Below, piece by piece: positions 27,623-37,275 of a DNA stretch of 47,894 nt (the stretch's first letter is position 1; each line of letters starts with the position of its first letter). The position numbers and the translations under genes were made by a program. The DNA comes from Actinomycetota bacterium (GTDB lineage Bacteria; Actinomycetota; CADDZG01; WHSQ01). The DNA lies in the NCBI GenBank assembly GCA_036258675.1, contig DATADD010000141.1, forward strand, positions 1-47,894, in the 5' to 3' direction. The notes below the pieces were generated by a model, which searched no databases, was not told where the DNA came from, and was given only the letters and a program-made list of their open reading frames with translations.

Positions 27623-29104
27623 TCAGGCGCTGAGGTTGCGGATCAGCGCGCCCGCGTCGGCAGACGCGTCCAACACCGACTGGACGTGCGCGCGCGTGCC
27701 CCGCATCGGCTCCAGCGTCGGAACCTTGCGAAGGGGCTCGTCGCCGGTGTCGAAGATGAGAGCGTCCCAGGAGGCCGCCATGATCGCCGGCGAGAACCGC
27801 CGCAGGCACTCGCCCCGGAAGTACGCCCTCGTGTCCTCGGGCGGATGGTCGACGGCCCACTCGATCGAGTCGTCGTCGACGAGCCGTTCGACCTTGCCCG
27901 CGCGCGCCAGCTTCCAGTAGAGGCCGTGCGAGCGGCGCACGTCATGGTACTGGAGGTCGATCAACCGCAGCTTGGGGTCGTTCCACTCGAGCCCGTCCCG
28001 CTCCCGGTACGCCTCGAGCAGGGACAGCTTCGCGGCCCAGTCGAGCTGCCGGCTCATCCCGGCAGGGTCGCTCTCGAGCCCCTCGAGGGCGCTCTCCCAT
28101 CGCTCGAGAACCTCGTCGGTGGAGGCGTCGCCGTCGTTGTCCTGCGCGTACTTCTTGGCGAGTCGCAGGAACTCCCACTGCAGCTCCACCGGCGTGAGGC
28201 GGCGCCCGTCCACGAGCTCCACCGTTCGGCGGCACGTTAGGTCGCGCGACACGGCTGCGTTCGTCCGGACGGGGTCGCGCAGCGTGAAGTCGTCGGTGAT
28301 GAAGTCGTCCTCGACCATCTGCAGGACGATGGCGGTTGCCCCCACCTTGAGCAGGGTGGCGACCTCGGACATGTTGGCGTCCCCGACGATCACGTGCAGC
28401 CGCCGGTACTTCTCCGCGTCCGCGTGCGGCTCGTCGCGCGTGTTGATGAGCGGGCGCTTGAAGGTGGTCTCCAGACCCACCTCGACCTCGAAGAAGTCGG
28501 CCCGCTGCGACAGCTGGAAGGCGATCTCCTCGGTACCGTTCTCTGCCCCCACCTTGCCGGCGCCCGTGTAGATCGTGCGGGTGACGAAGAACGGGATCAG
28601 ATGCTTCACGAGCGAGGGGAACGGGGTCGCCCTGTCGACGAGATAGTTCTCGTGGCACCCGTACGAGTTCCCCTTGCCGTCGGAGTTGTTCTTGTAGATG
28701 TGGATCCGGCTGCCCTGCATGACGGTGGCGCGCGCCGCCTCCGTCGACCTCTCGAGGATCCTCTCTCCCGCCTTGTCCCACAGCACGACATCGAGAGCGT
28801 TCGAGCACTCGGGGCTCGAGTACTCCGGATGGGCGTGGTCCACGTAGTAGCGCGACCCATTGGGGAGGATGATGTTCACGAGCCCCGAGTCGTCCTCCGG
28901 CGCGCCCTCGGCCGGCGCCTTCTCGAACCCGCGCGCGTCGCGCAGCGGGCTCTCTTCCTCGTAGTCCCACTTCACGCGCTTGAAGGCCGGTTGCGCGTAC
29001 GCGTTGATCAGCATAGAAGAGGTCAGGATCGGGTTGAAGTCCGCCGTCTCCTTGACCGAGATGCCGTACTCGGTCTCGATCCCGCAGATCTTCGGCATTG
29101 CCAC
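27623..29104 (-). CDS. dop: Pup deamidase/depupylase
   Basis: [59 protein letters not shown]. Paralogue of pafA. Start at GTG 29104 or ATG 29098. Confidence 0.95.
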   Translation of the reverse strand: MAMPKICGIETEYGISVKETADFNPILTSSMLINAYAQPAFKRVKWDYEEESPLRDARGFEKAPAEGAPEDDSGLVNIILPNGSRYYVDHAHPEYSSPECSNALDVVLWDKAGERILERSTEAARATVMQGSRIHIYKNNSDGKGNSYGCHENYLVDRATPFPSLVKHLIPFFVTRTIYTGAGKVGAENGTEEIAFQLSQRADFFEVEVGLETTFKRPLINTRDEPHADAEKYRRLHVIVGDANMSEVATLLKVGATAIVLQMVEDDFITDDFTLRDPVRTNAAVSRDLTCRRTVELVDGRRLTPVELQWEFLRLAKKYAQDNDGDASTDEVLERWESALEGLESDPAGMSRQLDWAAKLSLLEAYRERDGLEWNDPKLRLIDLQYHDVRRSHGLYWKLARAGKVERLVDDDSIEWAVDHPPEDTRAYFRGECLRRFSPAIMAASWDALIFDTGDEPLRKVPTLEPMRGTRAHVQSVLDASADAGALIRNLSA

Positions 29105-29114
29105 GAGAGGCCGC

Positions 29115-30893
29115 CTAGAGGTACTGGCCGGTTTGGACGCGCTCGACCTGGCGGGGCGACTCGCCTTCGCGGTGCTCGCTGACGAGCGTGCGGATGTAGA
29201 CGATACGCTCGCCCTTCTTGCCCGACACCCGCGCCCAGTCGTCCGGGTTCGTCGTGTTGGGCAGGTCCTCGTTCTCCCTGTACTCCTGGACGATCGCCGT
29301 GACCAGGTCGGAAGCCTTGACCCCCTTGGCCCCGCCCGACAGCGCGCGCTTGATCGCCGTTTTCTTCGCGCGCCGGACGATGTTCTCGATCATCGCCCCA
29401 GAGGAGAAGTCCTTGAAGAACAGGACCTCCTTGTCGCCGTTGGCGTACGTCACCTCGAGGAACCGGTTGTCCTCGTCCTCCGAGTACATCTTGCCCACCG
29501 TGGCGTCGATCATCCGCTCGACGGCGGCCCGGGGGGAACCCGCGTCGGAGATCTCCTCCTCGGCGATCGGGATGCTCGTCGACAGGTACTTCGAGAAGAT
29601 GTCGCGCGCCGCCACCTCGTCCGGACGCTCGATCTTGATCTTCACGTCGAGGCGCCCGGGGCGAAGGATCGCCGGGTCGATGAGATCCTCGCGGTTGGAT
29701 GCGCCCACGACTATCACGTTGCGCAGGCTCTCGACGCCGTCGATCTCCGCGAGGAGCTGCGGGACGATCGTGGACTCGATGTCGCTCGAGATACCCGAGC
29801 CCCGCGTCCGGAACAGTGAGTCCATCTCGTCGAAGAAAACGATGACGGGAACGCCCTCCTCGGACTTCTCCTTCGCCCGCTGGAAGATGAGCCGTATCTG
29901 GCGCTCGGTCTCGCCGACGTACTTGTTGAGCAGCTCCGGACCCTTGATGTTCAGGAAGTAGGAGCGGCGGTCGTCGCGCCCGAGCTTGCGGGCCACCTTC
30001 TTCGCCAGCGAATTCGCCACGGCCTTGGCGACCAGCGTCTTCCCGCATCCCGGAGGGCCGTAGAGCAGGACGCCCTTCGGCGGATCGAGCTGGTGCTCCT
30101 TGAAGAGGTCGCCGTGGAGGAAGGGCAGCTCGACCGCGTCGCGGATCTCCTCGATCTGCTGACTCAGCCCCCCGATGTCCTCGTAGGAGATGTCCGGGAC
30201 CTCCTCGAGGATGAGCTCCTCGACCTCGGGCTTCGGCAGCCGCTCGATGACGTGACCGGACTTGGGCTCGAGCAGGAGGCTGTCGCCGGCCCGCAGGTGC
30301 ATCCCCAGGACGGGGTCGGCGAGCTCGACGACGCGCTCCTCGTCGGCGCGGGCGATCACGAGAGCGCGCGCTCCGTCCTCGAGCACCTCTTTCAGCAGGA
30401 CGACCTCGCCCTGCACCTCGAACGAGCAGGCTCCGATGACGTTGAGCGAGTCGTTCAGCATCACCTCTTGCCCGCGCCTGAGCTCCCCCATGTCGACCTC
30501 GGGGGACACCTGGACCCTGAGCTTGCGTCCGTTCGTGAACACGTCTCCGGTCGAGTCCTCGTAGCCTCGCAGGAAGATCCCGTAGCTCGTGGGGGGCTGG
30601 GTGAGCTTCTCCACTTCCTCCTTGAGCGACACCAGCTGCTCGCGCGCGTCGCGCAGTGTCATCGCGAGACGCTCGTTGTTGTCGCGCGCCAGCTCGAGCT
30701 CCGCCGCCGTCTCCGCGAGACGCTTCTCGAGCCCGTGCACATGTCTCGGCGCGCCCTCGAGGCGGCGCCGCGCGAGCGCCAGCTCCTCCTCGAGGAGCTT
30801 GACCTGGCCTCGCAGCTCCTGCACCTCTCTGTCGTAGCGAGCGATCCTGCGCTCGAACTCGTCCTTGGGGATCGGGCTCACCTCCTGGACCAA
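29115..30893 (-). CDS. arc: Proteasome-associated AAA ATPase (ARC/Mpa)
   Basis: N-terminal coiled coil, OB domains, GPPGCGKT Walker A, VFFDEMD Walker B, C-terminal GQYL. Start at TTG 30893 or GTG 30881. Confidence 0.95.
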   Translation of the reverse strand: MVQEVSPIPKDEFERRIARYDREVQELRGQVKLLEEELALARRRLEGAPRHVHGLEKRLAETAAELELARDNNERLAMTLRDAREQLVSLKEEVEKLTQPPTSYGIFLRGYEDSTGDVFTNGRKLRVQVSPEVDMGELRRGQEVMLNDSLNVIGACSFEVQGEVVLLKEVLEDGARALVIARADEERVVELADPVLGMHLRAGDSLLLEPKSGHVIERLPKPEVEELILEEVPDISYEDIGGLSQQIEEIRDAVELPFLHGDLFKEHQLDPPKGVLLYGPPGCGKTLVAKAVANSLAKKVARKLGRDDRRSYFLNIKGPELLNKYVGETERQIRLIFQRAKEKSEEGVPVIVFFDEMDSLFRTRGSGISSDIESTIVPQLLAEIDGVESLRNVIVVGASNREDLIDPAILRPGRLDVKIKIERPDEVAARDIFSKYLSTSIPIAEEEISDAGSPRAAVERMIDATVGKMYSEDEDNRFLEVTYANGDKEVLFFKDFSSGAMIENIVRRAKKTAIKRALSGGAKGVKASDLVTAIVQEYRENEDLPNTTNPDDWARVSGKKGERIVYIRTLVSEHREGESPRQVERVQTGQYL

Positions 30894-30895
30894 CC

Positions 30896-31732
30896 CTACT
30901 TGGTCGGGCCCTGCGGCGGGCGCATTAGCTCCTGCGAGGCATCGCTCGAGCGCGTTTTGCGCCCCGTCACTATGAAGCCTGTGTGGGCGACCATGCGGTG
31001 GTCGGGCCGCACCGACGATCCGTCGACGTTCCATGTTCGCAGCAGCGCCTCGAACGTGGACACGAGCGCGAAGCCTCCCGCGCGCATGGCCTCCACCGCT
31101 TGCGCGACCTGGGGAACGGTCGGCAGGAAGCAGCACATTATGCCCCCGGGCTCGAGCGACTCGGTAGCGCGCCCCACGGCGCGCCACGGCTCGGGGAGGT
31201 CGAGGACGAGGCGATCGATCTCGCGCTCGGGGATCCCCTCGAAGACGTCGCCAACCCGCAGCTCCACGTTCTCGGGCTTCGCGCCCCACCCCTCGTACCA
31301 GCGGGAGACGTTCGCGCGCGCTTGCTCGAGGTGGTCCTCGCGCAGCTCGTAGGAGATAACGCGACCCGCGTCGCCCACCGCGCGCGCGAGCGCGAGGGTG
31401 AGGGATCCCGACCCCGTTCCCGCCTCGACCACCGTCGCGCCCGGGAAGACGTCGGCGTACGCAACCACGAGCGCGGCGTCCTTCGGGTAGACCACCTGTG
31501 CCCCTCTCGGCATCTTCAGGACGTAGTCCGACAGCGTCGGCCTGAAGGCCTGCAGGCGCGACCCGCCGGACGCGGTCACGGTCACGCCCTCGGCGGCCCC
31601 GATCACATCGTCGTGGTCCACCGACCCCAGGTGGCTGTGGAAGCGCAGACCCGTCCCCAGCGACAGGAGGTAGCGGCGGCCGCGCCCGTCGATCAGCAGG
31701 GCCCGCTCTCCCGCCTGGAAAGGCCCCCTCAC
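30896..31732 (-). CDS. trmI: tRNA (adenine58-N1)-methyltransferase
   Basis: ORF 30896..32521 trimmed to GTG 31732 (GTGA overlap with the ttuA stop). [27 protein letters not shown] motif, DLPEPW. Confidence 0.9.
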   Translation of the reverse strand: MRGPFQAGERALLIDGRGRRYLLSLGTGLRFHSHLGSVDHDDVIGAAEGVTVTASGGSRLQAFRPTLSDYVLKMPRGAQVVYPKDAALVVAYADVFPGATVVEAGTGSGSLTLALARAVGDAGRVISYELREDHLEQARANVSRWYEGWGAKPENVELRVGDVFEGIPEREIDRLVLDLPEPWRAVGRATESLEPGGIMCCFLPTVPQVAQAVEAMRAGGFALVSTFEALLRTWNVDGSSVRPDHRMVAHTGFIVTGRKTRSSDASQELMRPPQGPTK

Positions 31733-32709
31733 CGGGTCCGAGCGCGCCTCTTGGAGCGACGCTCCCCGCCCCCTGCGGCTCTCCGGTGGGCGAGGTCTCT
31801 CGTCCTGCAGAACGAGCACAACGGCTCGTCGGCGCGCGCGGTCGTGGGAGCCCCGCACCGCGAGCACGGCACCAGGTCGACCGCCTCGTCGGTCGATGCG
31901 AAACGCTCCGCCGCGCGCGCGAGGAAGCCGAAGTACATCTGCTGCTTCGTGCCGGGCGAGGACTCCTCCAGCATCGTGAGCGCCTCCTTGTATCGATGCT
32001 GCGTGTTGCCCTCGACCATGGGGCACTCCTCGACGATGTATTCGATGCCCCGCAGGAGCGCGTAGGCCGCCGTCTCCCGCTCGGCGACGCGCACCAGCGG
32101 CTTGGTCTTCCGCACCAGCGCCGGCCGCTCCGCGGAGGGCAGCACGCGCTCTGCGAGCACGGGGGCCTGACGCCCGAGCTGCTCGATGTTCCAGTGCAGC
32201 ACGTTGCCGAAGAGCGTCGCCGCCTCGTCGTCGAGGTTGTGACCTGTGACGAGCACGTCGAAACCCTCCTCCACCGCCGCCCGGTTGAGCTCGTAGCGCT
32301 TGTTGAGCCCGCATCCCGAGCAGGGGACCCTTCCGGTCAGGCGGGCCAGCTCCGGCACGTTGTACCCGTGCTCCTCCTGAAGCGACCTGACGAGGAGCCG
32401 CGCACCGCGCCGGTGCGCGTAGTCGAGCGCTGCCTGCTTCGACCGATCCGAGTAAGCCCCGATGCCGAGGTCGAGGTAGAGACCCGTGGCGTTGTAGCCG
32501 AGGTCGAGCAGGATGTCCCACACCGCGAGCGAGTCCTTGCCGCCGGAGACCGCGACCAACAGCCGGTCATCCGGCGAGAACATCGCGTACTCCTTGATCG
32601 CGCGCGCCACCTGGTTGCGGACGTGGTCGGTGAAGTGGGGGCCGCAGAAGGCCGCGTTGTGGCGACGCACGTCCACGACCGCGTGCCCCCTGCAGACCTT
32701 GCACCTCAT
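31729..32709 (-). CDS. ttuA: tRNA 2-thiolation PP-loop ATPase, TtuA/NcsA-like
   Basis: N-terminal CKVC...CGPH zinc finger, SGGKDS PP-loop, CSGCG plus a later Cys (Fe-S ligands), C-terminal CSRC...CSFC zinc finger. Confidence 0.85.
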   Translation of the reverse strand: MRCKVCRGHAVVDVRRHNAAFCGPHFTDHVRNQVARAIKEYAMFSPDDRLLVAVSGGKDSLAVWDILLDLGYNATGLYLDLGIGAYSDRSKQAALDYAHRRGARLLVRSLQEEHGYNVPELARLTGRVPCSGCGLNKRYELNRAAVEEGFDVLVTGHNLDDEAATLFGNVLHWNIEQLGRQAPVLAERVLPSAERPALVRKTKPLVRVAERETAAYALLRGIEYIVEECPMVEGNTQHRYKEALTMLEESSPGTKQQMYFGFLARAAERFASTDEAVDLVPCSRCGAPTTARADEPLCSFCRTRDLAHRRAAGGGERRSKRRARTR

Positions 32710-32921
32710 CGCTGCGCCTCCCTCGAGGAGCCCCCGCTCAGCACGGGGCGGATCTCGATCGAGTCCGACCCCTCGAGCTTCTCGTCGCGCGTGAGCAGCG
32801 TGGCGTCGCGGATCACGAGCACGGACTCGGGGACGATGTCGAGGGCCTCGAGAAGGCCCGCGACGTTCGCGGGCCCGTCCACGTGCACGATGCGGTCGGG
32901 GTTCCTGAGCTTGACCTCCAT
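32706..32921 (-). CDS. ttuB: ThiS/MoaD-fold ubiquitin-like sulfur carrier, TtuB-like, GG followed by a 7-aa tail
   Basis: 71 aa. ...DSIEIRPVLSGG then SSREAQR before the stop. Stop overlaps the ttuA start (ATGA). Confidence 0.8.
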   Translation of the reverse strand: MEVKLRNPDRIVHVDGPANVAGLLEALDIVPESVLVIRDATLLTRDEKLEGSDSIEIRPVLSGGSSREAQR

Positions 32922-32956
32922 CGCAGCCCCCAGGTTATCCGCCGGGGAGCCGGCGC

Positions 32957-34039
32957 CTAGAACGTCGCGGGGCGCCGCTCCAGCACGACGTCGACGCTGC
33001 GGGAGCCGTTGGGGCCGACCACGTCCACCGACACCTCGTCGCCCGGAGCGAAGCCCTCGAGGGCGGAGGTGAGGTCGCTCGACGACGCCACCTCGTGGTC
33101 GCCGACGGCCACGATGACCTCCCCGGTCTCGAGGCCCGCGGCCGCGGCCGGCCCGCCGGGGATCGTGCTGTCGATGAGGGCGCCGCGGGTCCCGGACGGG
33201 AGCCCGAGCTGGCTCGCGATGAGAGGGTTCAGCTCGGCCACGTAGACGCCGAGCCAGGCCCGCTCGCTGGGCGGCTCCTCGAGGATCTGCTCGACCACGG
33301 GGAGCGCGTCGTCGATCGCGATCGCGAAGCCGACGTTCTCGGCCGTGCTCGCGCCCGCGGAGTTGATGCCCACGAGCTGGCCGGCGGCGTTGACGAGCGC
33401 GCCCCCGGAGTTGCCGGGGTTGATGGCGGCGTCGGTCTGCAGCATCCCCTCGAGCCTGCGCACGCCCCCGAGGCTGGAATCCTGCACGTCGATGTTGCGG
33501 CGCAGCCCCGACACGATCCCCTGGGTCACCGTCGGCCCGCCCAGGTGGAGGGGGAAGCCGAGCGCCACCACCTGGTCGCCGAGCCGAAGGTTTGGAGGGC
33601 TGGAGCGCCCGATCGTGATGGGATCCAGCCGTGCGTCGACCTTGACCACCGCGAGGTCGCGCTCGGGGGCGGCCCCGATGACGCGCCCCTCGAGCTGCCG
33701 CTTGCCGTCGGAGGTGACGATCGTGACCTCGACCGCGCCCTGCACGACGTGCGCGTTCGTGAGGATGATCCCGTTCCTGTCGATCACGACGCCGGAGCCC
33801 TCGCCCTGCCTTTGGGCGAGATCCGGCCCCACCGACGTGACCCTGACGTTGACGACCGAGGGCAGCACGTCCTCGACCATCTCGGCGACGTCGGAGGGAG
33901 GTGTGGAGTTGTCGGTCTGCTGGAGGTCGACCGGCGCGGCGTCGAAGCCGTCGCCGCCTCCTGGGAGCACGTCTCCCGAGCAGGCGGTGCCGATGAGCGC
34001 GGCGGCAAGGAGCGCTGCGAGTGCCGTTCTCTTTCTCAT
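32957..34039 (-). CDS. S1C (HtrA/DegP-like) serine protease with PDZ domain, lipoprotein-type signal
   Basis: LLAAALIGTAC lipobox-like signal, TNAHVV, DLAVVKV and GNSGGALVN catalytic triad blocks, C-terminal PDZ. Confidence 0.9.
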   Translation of the reverse strand: MRKRTALAALLAAALIGTACSGDVLPGGGDGFDAAPVDLQQTDNSTPPSDVAEMVEDVLPSVVNVRVTSVGPDLAQRQGEGSGVVIDRNGIILTNAHVVQGAVEVTIVTSDGKRQLEGRVIGAAPERDLAVVKVDARLDPITIGRSSPPNLRLGDQVVALGFPLHLGGPTVTQGIVSGLRRNIDVQDSSLGGVRRLEGMLQTDAAINPGNSGGALVNAAGQLVGINSAGASTAENVGFAIAIDDALPVVEQILEEPPSERAWLGVYVAELNPLIASQLGLPSGTRGALIDSTIPGGPAAAAGLETGEVIVAVGDHEVASSSDLTSALEGFAPGDEVSVDVVGPNGSRSVDVVLERRPATF

Positions 34040-34176
34040 GCCTCGAGGATAGGGCCGCGCAGGCCGTAGCGACGCGGTAACCGCTGCGTTCTTATCCTTT
34101 TCTTAGCGAGCCACTTGGCGAGTCTGTCTCCGGCGTTCTCAATGATCCGTGGCGAGCCGCCGGCGAAAGATGCCGC

Positions 34177-34563
34177 TCAGGCAGCTTCCTCCGCGGACAC
34201 CTCGGCCGCCTCCACCTCGAGCTCTCCCCCCATGAGGCCGCCAAGGGCGAACACGACGAGGTACGTGCCGGGGCGCAGCTCCAGTGCTGCGGAGACCTCG
34301 TCGCGCATCTCGGTCAGCCCCTGCAGGCCCCAGATGAGCGACTCATGAGGGTCCGACTCGAACAGCACCTCGCGCGTCTCCGGATCGACGAGGTACCACT
34401 GCTCGACGTAGACCCCCGCGGGCGCCGACCACGAGCGCGCCACCACGAACGGCAGAGTCCTTCCCTTCTTGAGAGGGATGCCTCGTGTCCCTTGCGCTCT
34501 GCGGGCCGGATGCACCGACGAGACCACGACCTTCCGCTGCGACCCGCTGATGTCGGCCTCCAT
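34177..34563 (-). CDS. Hypothetical protein
   Basis: ORF 34177..35055 trimmed to ATG 34563. Non-shadow-like composition (WYLVDPETREVLFESDPHESLIWGLQ). No family recognised. Confidence 0.45.
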   Translation of the reverse strand: MEADISGSQRKVVVSSVHPARRAQGTRGIPLKKGRTLPFVVARSWSAPAGVYVEQWYLVDPETREVLFESDPHESLIWGLQGLTEMRDEVSAALELRPGTYLVVFALGGLMGGELEVEAAEVSAEEAA

Positions 34564-34607
34564 CACAGACAGGATAGCAATGCGCCGGGTCGCGACGCAG
34601 CGTGCGT

Positions 34608-35285
34608 CTACGCGTGCGCGGCGCGCGCGACGATGTCGGCGTAGACGCCGGGGTCGTCGGACTCCACGACGGGGAACCCGCGCCCGTGCGCCCCGTGCCA
34701 CCGCAGCCGGAGGCCGGGGTTGTGGTGGTCGCTGCCGTCGGGCAGGAAGAGATGTGGGCTCCCCTTGACCGCCTCGTCCGCCTTCTCGAACTGCTCGAGA
34801 ACCCTCCGGCGCGCTCTGCCGGCGTCGAGCGCGTCCCGCAGCGCGGTCGCGTCCACCGCGTCGCAAGCCTTCGCTTCCTCGAGTATCACGTGCCTCATCG
34901 AGATGTTCTTGCTGGCGCCGAAGAAGGCTCGCCGGAGAGAGCGATCGAGCTGCTCGCTGGCCCGCAGGCCCTGTTCCTTCGCCGCCTGGACCGCCTCGAG
35001 GGCCGGCAGCGTCGTCACGGGGTATTCGTAGTCGCGGCGCGCCCACATCTGCCACCCGGCATCGGGCGCGAGCGACCCCGCGACGGGCGTCTCCGCATCC
35101 AGCGTTCGCTTGGGTGTCGGCCGCTCGTTGAAGAGCTCGAGCGGGAACGCTCGCATGTCGAACAGAACTTCACCCACGAGGTCGGCGGCCGCGCGCGCCT
35201 CGTGCAGACGATGCACGGCGACATGCGACCACGGACAGGCGATGTCCGCGAACACCACTATCGTCCCCCGAGCGACCTCCACCAT
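34608..35285 (-). CDS. DsbA-family thioredoxin-fold protein (CPWS variant)
   Basis: ORF trimmed to ATG 35285. IVVFADIACPWSHV resembles the DsbA/FrnE CPWC motif with the second Cys replaced by Ser. Confidence 0.7.
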   Translation of the reverse strand: MVEVARGTIVVFADIACPWSHVAVHRLHEARAAADLVGEVLFDMRAFPLELFNERPTPKRTLDAETPVAGSLAPDAGWQMWARRDYEYPVTTLPALEAVQAAKEQGLRASEQLDRSLRRAFFGASKNISMRHVILEEAKACDAVDATALRDALDAGRARRRVLEQFEKADEAVKGSPHLFLPDGSDHHNPGLRLRWHGAHGRGFPVVESDDPGVYADIVARAAHA

Positions 35286-35343
35286 GCTGTCGGCCCACCT
35301 TCCCGTCCGGTATCGAAGGGCAGCGGCCCTTAGTCTCTCGCCC

Positions 35344-35772
35344 GTGTGCGTCTTCTGCGACGTTGTCGACGGCCGCGTCCCAGCCCACATCGTCTACCGA
35401 GACGAAGCCTGCGTCGCCTTCCTCGACAACCGCCCGATCTTCCCCGGTCACCTCTTGCTCGTGCCGGCGCGGCACTACGAGACGATCACCGACCTTCCCG
35501 CCGGCCTCGTCGAGCCCGTCTTCGCGTGTGCGCGCAAGCTCGCCGGGGCCGTGGAGAGGGCGATGGACGCCCACGGCACGTTCGTCGCGATGAACAACAG
35601 GGTGAGCCAGAGCGTTCCCCACTTCCACGTCCACATCGTCCCCCGCAGACGCAAAGACGGTCTGCGCGGCTTCTTCTGGCCGCGCACCCGCTACGAGGAC
35701 GAAAGCGCCGCCGAGCGGACGGCGGCAAGGATCCGCCGCGCGGTCGAGGACGCGGCCACCGACGATGGGTAG
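35344..35772 (+). CDS. HIT family protein
   Basis: GTG 35344. CVFCDVV, AFLDNRPIFPGHLLLVP, histidine triad HFHVHIVP. Confidence 0.9.
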   Translation: MCVFCDVVDGRVPAHIVYRDEACVAFLDNRPIFPGHLLLVPARHYETITDLPAGLVEPVFACARKLAGAVERAMDAHGTFVAMNNRVSQSVPHFHVHIVPRRRKDGLRGFFWPRTRYEDESAAERTAARIRRAVEDAATDDG

Positions 35773-36409
35773 CCGACTCACGGTATCCGGACGCGACGGG
35801 ACCGCCCTCGAGGCCGAGCTCGACGCTCCGGAGGAGGCGTGCGCCGCCCTCGTCCTCTGCCATCCCCACCCCCGCATGGGCGGGACGATGAACGCTCCTC
35901 TCCTCCTCGCCCTGCGCGACCGGATGACGGCCGAGGGCTGGGCCGTGCTGCGCTTCAACTTCCGCGGCATCGGGGCGTCCGACGGCCGCGCGGGCACCGG
36001 CATCGACGAGGTCGCCGATGCCCTCGGTGCCATCGACGCGGTGCGCGACCGCGTCGATGGCCGTCCCGTCGCGCTCGCGGGATGGTCCTTCGGCGCCGCG
36101 GTCGCGGTCCGCGCCGCGGAGGCAGACGACTCTCTTCTCGGCTGTGTGGGCATCGCGCCCGCGGTCACACCGACGCCCGACGTCACGGCGGGGCTGCCGC
36201 CGGCCACCGACCTCGACCTCGGGGTCCCGCTCCTGTTCGTCTGCGCCGAGCGGGACCAGGTGGTGGACCCGGGCGCGTGCCGGAGATGGATCGAGCCGGT
36301 CCAGGCCGCCGACGTCGTCGAGCTGCGCGGGGCGAACCACTTCTTCTGGGGCCGCTACGACGATCTCTGCGATGTGGTCGCGCAGTGGCTTGGCGAACGG
36401 GTTCCGTGA
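35765..36409 (+). CDS. Alpha/beta hydrolase
   Basis: LCHPHPRMGGTM, nucleophile elbow GWSFG. Start overlaps the HIT stop by 8 nt. Confidence 0.75.
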   Translation: MGSRLTVSGRDGTALEAELDAPEEACAALVLCHPHPRMGGTMNAPLLLALRDRMTAEGWAVLRFNFRGIGASDGRAGTGIDEVADALGAIDAVRDRVDGRPVALAGWSFGAAVAVRAAEADDSLLGCVGIAPAVTPTPDVTAGLPPATDLDLGVPLLFVCAERDQVVDPGACRRWIEPVQAADVVELRGANHFFWGRYDDLCDVVAQWLGERVP

Positions 36410-36425
36410 CGAACAGGAGGTGGCG

Positions 36426-37268
36426 GTGAGGCTCGACCTCGACGTCTCGCAGCACCAGCTGGAATGGCACGAGCTCGCGGCGCGCGTCCGGCGCGCCGAG
36501 GAGCTCGGGTTCGAGGGCGTGTGGGTCTTCGATCACTTCCAGCCCCTCTACGGTGATCCCGGTGGCCCCTGTCTCGAGGGCTGGACCCTGCTGGCCGCGC
36601 TCGCATCGGTTACGTCGCGCGTGCGGCTCGGCACCCTCGTGACCGGCGTGACCTACCGTTCCCCGTCGTTGCTCGCCGCCGAGGCCGTCACCGTCGACCA
36701 CGTCTCCGGTGGCAGGCTGGAGCTCGGCGTCGGTGCCGCGTGGTTCGAACGCGAGCATGCGGAGCTGGGCTTCGACTTCCCGCCGCCGGCCGAGCGGGTC
36801 CACAGGCTCGACGAGGCCCTCGAGGTCGTGCGCCTTCTCATGACCCGCGACGACGTCTCCTTCGACGGCCGCTTCTACCGGCTGCGGCGCGCGTCCTACA
36901 ACCCCAAGCCCGTGCAGCGACCGCACCCCCCGGTGTGGGTCGGAGGCAGCGGACGCAAGCTGATGCTGCCGCTGGTGGCGCGGCGCGCCGATGTGTGGCA
37001 CGGCAACGGCTCGGTCGCGGAGCTGACCCGCATGTCGCGCGCGATCGACGAGCTCGCCGCGCGCGCGGGGCGAGACCCCGGCTCGATACGGCGAACCACG
37101 TCGCTGTCGATCTCGGAGCCGTGGGACGAGGTGCGCGCGCACGCAGCCACGCTGGCCGACGCGGGGTTCTCGTGCCTGGTCGTGGACTGGCCCACCGAGG
37201 GCGCCGAGCGCGTGGAGGAGTTCGCCGGCGCGGTCATGCCGGAGCTCGCCGCACTCCACGCGGGCTAG
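36426..37268 (+). CDS. LLM-class (luciferase-like) F420-dependent oxidoreductase
   Basis: GTG 36426 after AGGAGG. GFEGVWVFDHF, LEGWTLLAALA, GRLELGVGAGW-like block, PPVWVGGSG. Confidence 0.9.
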   Translation: MRLDLDVSQHQLEWHELAARVRRAEELGFEGVWVFDHFQPLYGDPGGPCLEGWTLLAALASVTSRVRLGTLVTGVTYRSPSLLAAEAVTVDHVSGGRLELGVGAAWFEREHAELGFDFPPPAERVHRLDEALEVVRLLMTRDDVSFDGRFYRLRRASYNPKPVQRPHPPVWVGGSGRKLMLPLVARRADVWHGNGSVAELTRMSRAIDELAARAGRDPGSIRRTTSLSISEPWDEVRAHAATLADAGFSCLVVDWPTEGAERVEEFAGAVMPELAALHAG

Positions 37269-37275
37269 AGCCGGG

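Noticed and set aside
24406-29104. pafA and dop as a possible DNA-level repeat.
   Set aside because: They are ancient paralogues that share protein motifs ([23 protein letters not shown]). The nucleotide sequences are diverged and are separated by functional genes. This is not a repeat element.
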